IMG/VR virus record: IMGVR_UViG_3300028103_000015
DNA from: a virus
Lineage: Duplodnaviria; Heunggongvirae; Uroviricota; Caudoviricetes
DNA length: 64,000 bases
Strand: one strand, 5' to 3'
How positions within the stretch are numbered: position 1 is the first letter of the stretch; each line of letters opens with the position of its first letter. The notes under the pieces are model-generated. The model made no database searches. It saw only the letters and a list, made by a program, of their open reading frames with translations, and was not told the DNA's origin. Position numbers and translations under genes: made by a program. Below, piece by piece: positions 36,461 through 45,418 of the stretch.

Positions 36461-36865
36461 TTAGAACGGTGAGCTTGCAAGAGCCTTGAGAGATTCTTCT
36501 GTAAGACCAGCAGAGCTAGCCTGTGTGCGAATCTCTTGAGCAATCTCAATGTCTAACAAGCTTGCGTCAGCATGAGCCTGCTTGATTTCATCGCGTGTCT
36601 TGAACGCACTAAGAGCTGTAAGCCTGTCTGATGTCACAGGAAGACCTTTCTCATCAACAACAGGATTGCCTTTCAAATCAAGCTGTCCAATCTGCTTAAT
36701 CGTAGCAATGCAATAGAATGGGAACTTAACGTCTGTTTGACTTTCCCAACCAAGAGCCTGCATTTGACGCTTGAACAAATGGATTCTGTCTCCGAGTGCT
36801 GTGTAGCCTGAGAAATTACCGCTTGCTGTGAATGCTCCATTGTTGATGACATAATTCTTGTTCAT
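36461..36865 (-). CDS. hypothetical protein
   Basis: 134-aa ORF with its own upstream motif and downstream terminator. Confidence 0.55.
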   Translation of the reverse strand: MNKNYVINNGAFTASGNFSGYTALGDRIHLFKRQMQALGWESQTDVKFPFYCIATIKQIGQLDLKGNPVVDEKGLPVTSDRLTALSAFKTRDEIKQAHADASLLDIEIAQEIRTQASSAGLTEESLKALASSPF

Positions 36866-36917
36866 CTGTTTTTGTTTTTAAAGTTAATAATAAATAATAA
36901 ACCTATATCCGATAAAA

Positions 36918-36938
36918 GGTTTTGGGATGGATGATGGG
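36918..36938 (-). promoter_or_regulatory. conserved upstream motif copy C (plus-strand GGTTTTGGGATGGATGATGGG)
   Basis: One of three related motifs found just upstream of consecutive leftward genes. Confidence 0.4.
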
Positions 36939-36941
36939 AAA

Positions 36942-36962
36942 AAAGGGGAGCAATTCCCCTTT
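36942..36962 (-). terminator. rho-independent terminator after gene 36967..37281
   Basis: Stem AAAGGGGA/TCCCCTTT with a T-run on the minus strand. Confidence 0.5.
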
Positions 36963-36966
36963 ATTG

Positions 36967-37281
36967 CTAACTTACTAACTCAAGCCATTCTGCGTCTGGT
37001 TCATATTGCTCACAACTCTTCATTGCTGGTATTGTCAACCAATCCAGCATGTCTCTTTTCCTTTGGAAGGCAGCACCAATCACCTTGAATGACCCACTAA
37101 TATCTTCTCCCCACAGTGGGCTGAAGTCTTTTATATCTTTCATTTGGTCAGAGATTACAGCATAGAATGGTGTTTTCAATGAACCACTAATTAATTCAGG
37201 CAGGAAGAACATTTCTCCAAACATGTTCTGGCAAATGTTCATTGTCTTGTCAATGTGAAGAATAACTGTAACTTTAAACAT
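36967..37281 (-). CDS. hypothetical protein
   Basis: 104-aa ORF flanked by a motif and a terminator. Confidence 0.5.
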   Translation of the reverse strand: MFKVTVILHIDKTMNICQNMFGEMFFLPELISGSLKTPFYAVISDQMKDIKDFSPLWGEDISGSFKVIGAAFQRKRDMLDWLTIPAMKSCEQYEPDAEWLELVS

Positions 37282-37307
37282 AATGTATTGATTTATAGTT
37301 GTTTAAT

Positions 37308-37322
37308 GGTTTTGGAATGAAT
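37308..37322 (-). promoter_or_regulatory. conserved upstream motif copy B (GGTTTTGGAATGAAT)
   Basis: 26 nt upstream of the start at 37281. Confidence 0.4.
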
Positions 37323-37325
37323 AAA

Positions 37326-37348
37326 AAAAGCACGCATTGAGCGTGCTT
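37326..37348 (-). terminator. rho-independent terminator after gene 37347..37547
   Basis: Stem AAGCACGC/GCGTGCTT with T7 on the minus strand. Confidence 0.6.
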
Positions 37349-37547
37349 ATTCTCCGAATGCAACTAATTCATCCCACTCTTCAGGTGTCATTCCTGTTAG
37401 AATGAACTCCCTTTCATGTGGCTTGAGGTGAGGAAATGCATCCTGCACCTTAGCACCACTTAAGTAGGAATCAATCTGTTCTTCTGTAATGTCTAGCTCC
37501 ATTGTGTGTTGTTTGCCTGTCAATTGGCTTGTTGTTGTTACTAGCAT
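37347..37547 (-). CDS. hypothetical protein (66 aa, acidic)
   Basis: ORF flanked by a motif and a terminator. Confidence 0.5.
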   Translation of the reverse strand: MLVTTTSQLTGKQHTMELDITEEQIDSYLSGAKVQDAFPHLKPHEREFILTGMTPEEWDELVAFGE

Positions 37548-37573
37548 AACGTTTAATTTTAAGGCTGTTAAAT

Positions 37574-37593
37574 GGTTTTGGGATGGAATGAGG
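37574..37593 (-). promoter_or_regulatory. conserved upstream motif copy A (GGTTTTGGGATGGAATGAGG)
   Basis: 26 nt upstream of the start at 37547. Confidence 0.4.
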
Positions 37594-37812
37594 ACAAGGG
37601 AAGAACTGGTCTTCCCATGATGTGTCTGCCGTTCTTAGTGGCTTAATTCTCCATAATTAATCTATTCCTTTAGAATGCAGCAATGAACTTGTGGCAGACC
37701 GTTGAACTGTTGCTGTCCTTTAGAAAAGATTTCCAGAACGTTTTACCTGGCAAAATCGCCCATTCTGTAGCAATTGATGGGGGGTAGCCCCAACATTGCA
37801 AGACAGGCTGGG

Positions 37813-37827
37813 GGTTTTGAAATGGAG
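37813..37827. repeat. related motif copy GGTTTTGAAATGGAG
   Basis: Same core as copies A-C. Confidence 0.3.
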
Positions 37828-37865
37828 TACCCTCCCCTCCTATACACATAATACCTAGGGGCACT

Positions 37866-38010
37866 TACAAGTGTAGGGGGGCTTGTCAGGATATGAGTTG
37901 ACATAGGGGGGTGTTTTGTCAGGCCATAGGTTTACAAAAATAAATTTGGCTTATATGGAGGAAGGTTTGTAACTTTGGGGTGGAGGGTGGGGTGAGAGAA
38001 TAAGTCTGGT
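37866..38010. repeat. G-rich repeat region: TAGGGGGG-N3-6-GTCAGG twice, plus a GGGGTGGAGGGTGGGG tract
   Basis: G-runs stand out in an otherwise AT-rich, apparently non-coding region. Confidence 0.35.
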
Positions 38011-38133
38011 CCTATAGATAGAATGTGGTTAAATGGGTGTAAGTGGTGGATGGAATGGTCTGGGAGATGGAAAAAAGAGCATAATATAGCAATAAGCTAA
38101 AAGATTGTATTTGAACATGTTAGAATAACATTG

Positions 38134-38141
38134 TATCTTTG
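38134..38141 (+). promoter_or_regulatory. TATCTTTG, a Bacteroidetes-type -7 element for the rightward operon
   Basis: Matches TAnnTTTG, 15 nt upstream of the ATG at 38156. Confidence 0.35.
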
Positions 38142-38155
38142 TACCATTCTACATA

Positions 38156-38503
38156 ATGAGAGTGATATTACAAAAACTAAAGAAGGAAGAGAAGGACGAT
38201 TATCTGTTAGCAGAGAGGTATTACACCATCCTTTCTTCTATTAATGATTTGAAGCTTACACAGAGGGAAATACAGCTTATAGCCTATGCAGCTATAAGAG
38301 GTAACATCTCTTATGCTAATATAAGGAAGGATTTTTGTGAGAAGTATGGCACCACCAATCCGTCTATAAATAACATTATTTCTAGGCTGAAGAAGATGGG
38401 CGTATTAGTGAAGGATGGGACGAAGGTGAAGGTGAATCCTAGGATAGTATTAAACTTTGAAAATGATGTCACCCTTGAAATCAGACTTGTTCACGGACAA
38501 TAA
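38156..38503 (+). CDS. winged-helix DNA-binding regulator (MarR/ArsR-like)
   Basis: LTQREIQLIAYAAIRGNISYANIRKDFCEKYGTTNPSINNIISRLKKMGVLVKDGTKV: HTH plus wing. Confidence 0.45.
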   Translation: MRVILQKLKKEEKDDYLLAERYYTILSSINDLKLTQREIQLIAYAAIRGNISYANIRKDFCEKYGTTNPSINNIISRLKKMGVLVKDGTKVKVNPRIVLNFENDVTLEIRLVHGQ

Positions 38504-38507
38504 GCCA

Positions 38508-38930
38508 ATGAGTCTGTCCGTCAAGGATTGGATAATAAGAAAGCTGGCTCCTAAGATGTTGCTCAGTGAGAAGACGATTGAGGCTGTTGTCAACCACCAG
38601 TTTCAGGGAGCTAATGAGGCGCTGAAGAATGTAAAGAGCTTGGAGATAAGTGGGTTTGGGAAATTCTTCTTCAATGAGGGGAAGGCTGTCAGGCAGATGG
38701 AGAAACATCACAGTCAGGTGGCGCTGTTCTCTAAGATGTTGGAAGACGATGCACTGACGGAACAGAAAAGGAAGTCGCTGGAGCTCAAATTACAGATTGC
38801 TAAAGATTGCATAAGAGATTTAAAACCAAGAATGTATGCTATCACAGATTTACGAGGGATGGAAGAACAACCTGTTTCCCTCAGAGGAGCTGAAGACGAT
38901 TATAAAGGAGACGAGCCTTTCGAGGCTTAG
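38508..38930 (+). CDS. hypothetical protein
   Basis: ORF 38457..38930 trimmed to an internal Met to avoid overlap. Confidence 0.4.
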   Translation: MSLSVKDWIIRKLAPKMLLSEKTIEAVVNHQFQGANEALKNVKSLEISGFGKFFFNEGKAVRQMEKHHSQVALFSKMLEDDALTEQKRKSLELKLQIAKDCIRDLKPRMYAITDLRGMEEQPVSLRGAEDDYKGDEPFEA

Positions 38931-39180
38931 CATTTGTAAGCAATGTGACTATCATTCATCTAACAGGTGGGGATATAAAACCCTACGTCTCGATGAGCAT
39001 TGCACAAAATGTGGATGCACCCTGTCTGCTAAAACCAAGTGTCTCTCATGTGAATGTCCTCTAAAGAAATGGACAGCTGTGGTGACACAAGAACAAGAAG
39101 AGCAAATGAAAAACGATGGAAAACAACGAAGTAATATTGAAGAAAATTCCGTTGAAGGTGTTGATAGACATTCTTCATGA
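38836..39180 (+). CDS. hypothetical zinc-ribbon protein (overlaps its neighbour; uncertain)
   Basis: CKQCDY..CTKCGC..CLSCEC. Confidence 0.3.
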   Translation: MLSQIYEGWKNNLFPSEELKTIIKETSLSRLSICKQCDYHSSNRWGYKTLRLDEHCTKCGCTLSAKTKCLSCECPLKKWTAVVTQEQEEQMKNDGKQRSNIEENSVEGVDRHSS

Positions 39181-39370
39181 CGCTTGGAACAAGGGGGCTG
39201 ACTATGTTGACATCATGGGAACAGCCAACGAGGTGCAAGACAACATTGCTATAGCCATAAAGGAAGAATATATGAATGTCAATCCTGAGGATGAGTTTGA
39301 AATAGATGTGGAGCTGGATGAAAGGAAAGACGAAGATATGACAGACGAAGATTTAAACCAATTAATATGA
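39116..39370 (+). CDS. hypothetical acidic protein (start uncertain)
   Basis: ORF track; there is an internal Met at 39212. Confidence 0.3.
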   Translation: MENNEVILKKIPLKVLIDILHDAWNKGADYVDIMGTANEVQDNIAIAIKEEYMNVNPEDEFEIDVELDERKDEDMTDEDLNQLI

Positions 39371-39546
39371 ACCCTGTAGTGGAAGCATGGATAGTAATTG
39401 AAAAGCTGGGGGCACTTGTTGCCACACCAGGCATTTCAGAAGATGTAAAAACACTGGCCAACGAACAGATTGCTAAGCTTATAAAGGATGTAATTACGCC
39501 TGGACTAAACAAGCTGTCTGCAAGTTCAGCTGGGATTATTGCCTAA
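39367..39546 (+). CDS. hypothetical small protein (59 aa; not in the ORF track)
   Basis: ATGA start overlapping the upstream stop. Translation: MNPVVEAWIVIEKLGALVATPGISEDVKTLANEQIAKLIKDVITPGLNKLSASSAGIIA. Confidence 0.3.
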   Translation: MNPVVEAWIVIEKLGALVATPGISEDVKTLANEQIAKLIKDVITPGLNKLSASSAGIIA

Positions 39547-39555
39547 ATTGTAGAC

Positions 39556-39837
39556 ATGGGAAGACCCAATGATTATTACAGAGTGCTCGCACTCTTACAA
39601 CAATTACATGTAAGCTACCCTAATTACAATATGGGTAGACACCTAGCCACTGCGCTAGATGAATATGGAGATGTGTGGGGACTCACTGACAGAGAGCTGT
39701 TGTTTGCTCTTGATAAATACAAGGCTGAGCTAGACATGGACGTGCCCCATACAGACGAGAGTGAAATTGATCAGATTATAAAGGAGGGGATGAATCTGGA
39801 GAACATATTAAAAGAAGAAGATGGCGAAGACTATTAA
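39556..39837 (+). CDS. hypothetical protein
   Basis: 93-aa ORF. Confidence 0.45.
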   Translation: MGRPNDYYRVLALLQQLHVSYPNYNMGRHLATALDEYGDVWGLTDRELLFALDKYKAELDMDVPHTDESEIDQIIKEGMNLENILKEEDGEDY

Positions 39838-40156
39838 AAAAACTACATACGTAAATGCTGAGCTTGATTGGGCAGAACAACAGCTTTCCTCCTGGAAGGC
39901 GTATGTTGATGCCAATCCCCTGCATGAACTTAAAGATAGGATTGAGTGGAAACCTACAGCCAAAGGAGGCATGCTTCCCATGGTGATTGCATCAATCGAA
40001 GCACAAGGTAAGTTTATACAGGAAACAATGAAGAACTACTTGGCTCTTCTAGAGGTGGTGGAGAAACTAAGAGAGAAGGAAGAAGCTAAAGTGGAAATCA
40101 GAGGCAATGGAGAACTAAGCTCCATGGCTGAGGACTTCCTTAAGAGCAGACGATAA
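39821..40156 (+). CDS. putative terminase small subunit
   Basis: 111-aa gene immediately upstream of the large terminase, overlapping it with ATGA. Assigned by position only. Confidence 0.3.
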   Translation: MAKTIKKTTYVNAELDWAEQQLSSWKAYVDANPLHELKDRIEWKPTAKGGMLPMVIASIEAQGKFIQETMKNYLALLEVVEKLREKEEAKVEIRGNGELSSMAEDFLKSRR

Positions 40157-42183
40157 TGGGCGAGCTTAAAAGCATAGACTACAAAGACTGGTTTATTAAC
40201 CAGGGGCGTCTGCCTGACCGTGAGTCAGAGGAGTATAAACAGTTCTATGACTTTCACAAAGAGCTTTGTCTCAATGGTTGCATGATGGGCGGTGTATACA
40301 TCAACCCATTTTTATACTGGCATCTGAACATGTGGCATACAGAGGTGGATGTTGTTGATGAGCGTGGAAGAATATATCAGAAATATGCCAATCCCCTGTT
40401 GCGTGATAACGAATGGATAGTGACAAATGAAATCGACAGGGCACAACAAGAAAAAAAGGGCTTGGTCATCCTAGGAATTAGACGTTTTGCCAAGTCTGTT
40501 TTAGAGGCTTCTTACATAGGGTGGGGCGCAACGTTTGACGAAAATTCCCAGAATGTGATCGCTGGGTTAAATGCCCCCGATATAAAGCTGATCACAGATA
40601 AGCTGGACAAGGGCCTCAACTTTTTGCCTGAAGCATGGAGATGGCAGAGAGTGGAGGATAATTGGAAAAACCAAGTCACCCTAGGTATCAAGACTCGTGG
40701 AGGGGAACGTATACCGTTCTCCCAAATCCTCATCCGTAACTTGGATGAAGGTAATAACGAGGAAGCTATTGCAGGTACAAAACCACGTAAACTAATTATT
40801 GATGAGATTGGTAAGGGAAATTTCCTTAGAGGTTTTCAGGCAGCTGTGCCTGGTTTCACCACACCTTATGGTTGGGGATGTTCTCCTTTGCTTACAGGTA
40901 CAGGTGGTGATATGAAGAAATTCATGGATGCTAAATCCTTGATGTTTGATGCAGACAATTTTAACTTCCTAAGTTATAACAATGAGAAAGATGACACGCG
41001 CGTTCATGGGTTATTTATCTCATATAAGTATCGCATGGAGGCAAAAGAAGAAAGCACGCTCGGTGAGTTTTTGGAACAGCCTGTTGACAGTGACTTGTAT
41101 AATGTTAAGATGTTGGTGAGCAATGAAGACAAAGCTCTTGAAATCACCACAAACAATTTAGAAAGACTAAAGAAGGCTGGAGACAGAGTGGCTTATTTGA
41201 AAGAGAAGATGTACTATCCAATTGAAGTGGATGACATCTTCCTCAATGAGGACACAAACATATTTGATATAGAAGCAGCCAAACGTCAAAAGAGTAGGTT
41301 GCTTATGCAGGGGCGTACGGGCACTCCTGTTATTCTGTTTAATGACGGTGAAAAGATTTGTCACGAGTTTACGGACAAACAACCAATAACCAACTTCCCT
41401 CTAAAGAACAGTGACTTAAAAGATGCTCCTGTTGTTATATACGAATTCCCTATCGAGAATCCTCCATACGGACTCTATGTAGCAGGGGTTGACCCATACA
41501 GACAAGGACAAGCTGCGTATTCTACATCTCTTGGTAGTGTGTACATTTATAAAAGAATGCATGATATTACAGGAGAGAAATATCAGGATATGTTCGTAGC
41601 TTCGTATTGTGCAAGACCTGATAAGAAAGACACCTGGGAAGAACAGGCACGACTTCTCATCAAGTATTTCAATGCACGTACACTTTGTGAGAACGATGAC
41701 ATATCTTTCATAGAATATATGAAAGCAAAAGGAGATGCACACTACCTAGAGAAGCAACCTGATTGGTTGAAGGAAGTGGTGCCTGGAACAACAGTGAAAC
41801 GTGACTATGGTGTACACCGTTCTTCTGAGAAAATCAGAGACTATCTACACAACTGTCTGAAGAAGTATATGGAGGAAGTGGTGTATTCTGAGAAGGATGA
41901 TGACGGAAAGATAGTGAAAGAAGTGACAGGTGTATCAAAGATATTTGATCCTGTGCTGTTGGAAGAAATCATCCAATACAACGATCAAGGTAACTTTGAC
42001 CGTATTGTGGCTGCAGAACTTGCTATTGCTCAGGCTCTTAAGATGGATCCTGTGCTTGGTAAGGTGGGAGGATCCAGTGATCCTAGAGTGAGCGCGATAT
42101 TCAAACCCAATAAGAAGAATGTGTTGTTCACAGAATCTCGTGGGTTATTTAATAAAAGGAAAAAAAGTAAACTTTTTACATAA
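40156..42183 (+). CDS. terminase large subunit
   Basis: Terminase-type Walker A (ILGIRRFAKSV) and Walker B (LIIDEIG). 675 aa, followed by the portal-sized gene. Confidence 0.7.
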   Translation: MGELKSIDYKDWFINQGRLPDRESEEYKQFYDFHKELCLNGCMMGGVYINPFLYWHLNMWHTEVDVVDERGRIYQKYANPLLRDNEWIVTNEIDRAQQEKKGLVILGIRRFAKSVLEASYIGWGATFDENSQNVIAGLNAPDIKLITDKLDKGLNFLPEAWRWQRVEDNWKNQVTLGIKTRGGERIPFSQILIRNLDEGNNEEAIAGTKPRKLIIDEIGKGNFLRGFQAAVPGFTTPYGWGCSPLLTGTGGDMKKFMDAKSLMFDADNFNFLSYNNEKDDTRVHGLFISYKYRMEAKEESTLGEFLEQPVDSDLYNVKMLVSNEDKALEITTNNLERLKKAGDRVAYLKEKMYYPIEVDDIFLNEDTNIFDIEAAKRQKSRLLMQGRTGTPVILFNDGEKICHEFTDKQPITNFPLKNSDLKDAPVVIYEFPIENPPYGLYVAGVDPYRQGQAAYSTSLGSVYIYKRMHDITGEKYQDMFVASYCARPDKKDTWEEQARLLIKYFNARTLCENDDISFIEYMKAKGDAHYLEKQPDWLKEVVPGTTVKRDYGVHRSSEKIRDYLHNCLKKYMEEVVYSEKDDDGKIVKEVTGVSKIFDPVLLEEIIQYNDQGNFDRIVAAELAIAQALKMDPVLGKVGGSSDPRVSAIFKPNKKNVLFTESRGLFNKRKKSKLFT

Positions 42184-44765
42184 TGGCTATCATTAGATAT
42201 ACCAAGGATGCTACGATTAGATATGCCTATCTAAACATATTCCCTGATCAGTTTAAAACTGACAAAGAGAAGCAGGATGAGAGTTGGATAAAGAACACGA
42301 TGGACTACTTTGCAAACAAGTCTTATGCTGAGTATGTAAAGAACCGTGATACATTTGTCAAAAACTACGACTTGATAAAAGGTATTCTTCGTATGGAAGA
42401 CTTCTATCAAGAACCACAGGTGAAATCATTTACAGACATCATGACAGCTGACTTACAGCTTCCTGCATATGTGAAGATGTATTCCATCATGACTACACCA
42501 GTGAATGAGCTGGTTGGTGAAATCACAAAGCGTCCTGATACATTCAGGGTGAAAGCGTTTGATGATGACAGCAAAGCTGAAGAGCTGCAATTTAAAACAG
42601 ACATTCTACAACAATACGTAATTAGTCAAGCCAAGCAAAAGATTGTTCAGCAAGCCGCAATGACTGGTCAAGAGATTGATCCAGAGGAACTAGAACAAAT
42701 GACAATGGAGCAAGTGAAAGATGTGCTTGACAGTTATACATCTGTAGCTGAGAAATGGGCCAACCATGTATTGACATGTCAAAAGGCAGAGTTCAATCTA
42801 AAGGAGAAATCAGAAGATGCATTTCGTGACATGCTTATATCAGGAAGAGAATTCTATCACATATATGAAGATAATTCAAAGCTTGGATTTAACATTGAGG
42901 TGGCTAACCCAAAGAATACATGGTTTCTCACAACGCCTGATAGAAAGTGGATTAGCGACCCTACAGGGAGAGCTCAAGGTGCTTATGCTGCTGGTACTGT
43001 TCAAGTTATGGAGCTTTCAGAGATCATTGAGAGCATTCCTGATCTCACTAAAGAGGAGATAGATCACCTGCGTTCATCTCTTCAAGACTACGGACTTATT
43101 AATGTACGTGAATCCAATCTAGGTAATCCTGATGCGATTCCTGGTATTGATTCTGTAATGTACGACACATATGATCCTCTTGTTCTTCAGACACGTATGA
43201 TTATTGAATCAGAAATGAAGGAGAACAACGATGGGCTGAAAGACTTCTTAGGACTCACATCAAATGTTTCCTCTTTTGGATACAAGTATGTTGTTGTCCG
43301 TTCTTATTGGATTAGTAAGAAGAAGATCGGTAAGGTCATTTACCTGGATGAATTGGGAAATGAGCAGTCTGTCCTGGTAGATGAGAATTACAAATCTAAC
43401 ACCATTCCTACACAGCAGTCTCTAGAATGGGGATGGATAAATCAGTGGTATCAAGGAACAAAGATTGGTCCAGACATCTACCACATCAAACCGTTTAATC
43501 TTCTCAACTATTGTCCCATCATTGGTACAACATTTGAGGTGAAGAACACAGAGGCTAAGAGTCTTGTAGACTTAATGAAGCCTTTCCAGGTGCTCTACAA
43601 TGTTTGTATGAACCAGCTTTACAAGCTCCTTGAGAAGGAAGTGGGTAAGGTGTACTTGACATCCATCAGGCACATTCCCGTTCCCAAGGATGGTGATGCA
43701 CAAGATGCACTAGACATCTGGGAAATGGAAGCTCGTAATCGTGGTGTTGTATTTATTGACGACAGCCCTGAGAATCTAAAGAGTCCAAGCTCATTCAATC
43801 AGTTTAGAGACATTGATCTTACACGTACACAGGAAATACAATCTCGTTACACACTGGCTCAACAGCTCAAGAACGAATGTTGGGAACTTGTGGGAATGAG
43901 CAGACAACGTATGGGATCTATTACATCCAGTGAATCTGCTACAGGTGTAAACACAGCTGTACAACAATCTTATTCTCAAACAGAACCATTATTTGTAGCT
44001 CACGAATATATTATGGGTCAGCTCTATCAAGCAATCATTGATGCTGCCCTATATGTAGAATCCAAGAAGCCTCAGTCTACACTAAGTTATATCACCAGTG
44101 AAGGTGAATCAGCATTTGTTTCTGTAAATGGATCTGATCTCAAGTTTAGAGATTTGAAAGTATTCTTGACAAATCGTCCTGAAGATAAGCAAATGTTTGA
44201 CGAGCTTAGAGGTCTTTCTCAGGCTATCATCCAGAATGGTGGTACATTGTATGATGTAATTGAACTTTACAGTACCAAGTCTATGAGAGCAATGAAGAAA
44301 GTGTTTAAAGACTTGAGAAACAGACAAATGGATCTACAAAATAGTGAGCTCCAGTTGAAACAGCAACAACTTGATCAACAAGCTCAGATTGCTCAGTCTC
44401 AATTGCAACAGGCTCAGTTCCAGAAGGAACAAGATATGGCTAATGAGAACTATCAGAATGAACTTGATAGAATCAATAAAAAAGAAATAGCTCTGATAAA
44501 TGCTGAAGCTAAGGTGGGTCCTCTTACAGATATAGACAAGAGTGGAGCTCCTGATGTTCTGGAAATTCAGAAGATTGCAGCTGAACAGTCACGTACAGGC
44601 AGAGAATATGAAATGAAGATGGCAGACATTCAGTCTAAGAACTCTCAAAGTTTACAGAAGCTGGAAATCGAAAGAGAAAAGCTGAAGGTGGCTAGAGAGA
44701 ACCAAAAGAACGATCTCGAAATAGCAAAGGTGAACGCTAGAAATCGAGCTAAAAAACCTAAATAA
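42183..44765 (+). CDS. putative portal protein (860 aa, C-terminal Q-rich coiled coil)
   Basis: Position directly after the large terminase with an ATGA overlap. Assigned by size and position only. Confidence 0.45.
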   Translation: MAIIRYTKDATIRYAYLNIFPDQFKTDKEKQDESWIKNTMDYFANKSYAEYVKNRDTFVKNYDLIKGILRMEDFYQEPQVKSFTDIMTADLQLPAYVKMYSIMTTPVNELVGEITKRPDTFRVKAFDDDSKAEELQFKTDILQQYVISQAKQKIVQQAAMTGQEIDPEELEQMTMEQVKDVLDSYTSVAEKWANHVLTCQKAEFNLKEKSEDAFRDMLISGREFYHIYEDNSKLGFNIEVANPKNTWFLTTPDRKWISDPTGRAQGAYAAGTVQVMELSEIIESIPDLTKEEIDHLRSSLQDYGLINVRESNLGNPDAIPGIDSVMYDTYDPLVLQTRMIIESEMKENNDGLKDFLGLTSNVSSFGYKYVVVRSYWISKKKIGKVIYLDELGNEQSVLVDENYKSNTIPTQQSLEWGWINQWYQGTKIGPDIYHIKPFNLLNYCPIIGTTFEVKNTEAKSLVDLMKPFQVLYNVCMNQLYKLLEKEVGKVYLTSIRHIPVPKDGDAQDALDIWEMEARNRGVVFIDDSPENLKSPSSFNQFRDIDLTRTQEIQSRYTLAQQLKNECWELVGMSRQRMGSITSSESATGVNTAVQQSYSQTEPLFVAHEYIMGQLYQAIIDAALYVESKKPQSTLSYITSEGESAFVSVNGSDLKFRDLKVFLTNRPEDKQMFDELRGLSQAIIQNGGTLYDVIELYSTKSMRAMKKVFKDLRNRQMDLQNSELQLKQQQLDQQAQIAQSQLQQAQFQKEQDMANENYQNELDRINKKEIALINAEAKVGPLTDIDKSGAPDVLEIQKIAAEQSRTGREYEMKMADIQSKNSQSLQKLEIEREKLKVARENQKNDLEIAKVNARNRAKKPK

Positions 44766-45295
44766 TGTTTGATAAACTCATAGACCTAATAACTCATTGG
44801 TGGAATTTTTTGATGCCAGCAGTGATCATACCAGACTATGAGGAAGCTGTTTTGCTAAGGGCTGGTAAGTTCAAGAAGGTATTGAAACCAGGGTTCCACG
44901 TGAAACTCCCTGTTATAGATGAAGTGATACAGCAGCATGCTGTTGTAACAACGTTGAGCCTTTCTGCCCAGTCGCTATATACAAAGGATAAACAAAACAT
45001 AGTTGTTAAAGGTGTTGTCAAATATAAGATATCTGATGTCAAAGTGTTCCTCCTGGAAGTATTTGATGCTCAGGATGCCTTGGCTGATATGACCCAGTCT
45101 ATCATCAAGAACATCGTCATATCCCTACCTCTAGAACAGTGTATAGATCCAGAAATAGACAATACACTTACTAAGAAGGTGAGGGTTGAAGCTAAGAAAT
45201 GGGGAGTTGACATTCAACAGGTTACGCTTACAGATATAGCCCCTATCAGAAGCTTTAGACTCATAAATGACACGATTACAAACAAACTTGATTAG
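44765..45295 (+). CDS. SPFH/Band-7 (stomatin/prohibitin-like) domain protein
   Basis: N-terminal hydrophobic anchor. DYEEAVLLRAGKF (compare EYERAVIFRLGRI) and WGVDIQQVTLTDI (compare WGIKVERVEIKDV). Confidence 0.75.
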   Translation: MFDKLIDLITHWWNFLMPAVIIPDYEEAVLLRAGKFKKVLKPGFHVKLPVIDEVIQQHAVVTTLSLSAQSLYTKDKQNIVVKGVVKYKISDVKVFLLEVFDAQDALADMTQSIIKNIVISLPLEQCIDPEIDNTLTKKVRVEAKKWGVDIQQVTLTDIAPIRSFRLINDTITNKLD

Positions 45296-45418
45296 AGTGA
45301 ATTATATTAATGCTATATTATACGGGAAAAACATTCACACAAATGCATAACTCTTTGCTATTCAATATACTCTGATTACTTTTACAAACGTATAAACCAA
45401 ACTTAAAATAAACTACAT

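Noticed and set aside
37670-37864. 64-aa minus ORF in the regulatory hub
   Set aside because: It spans G-rich repeats and a motif copy in an otherwise non-coding region. It is Trp/Pro/Gly-rich from the G-tracts, so it is likely spurious.
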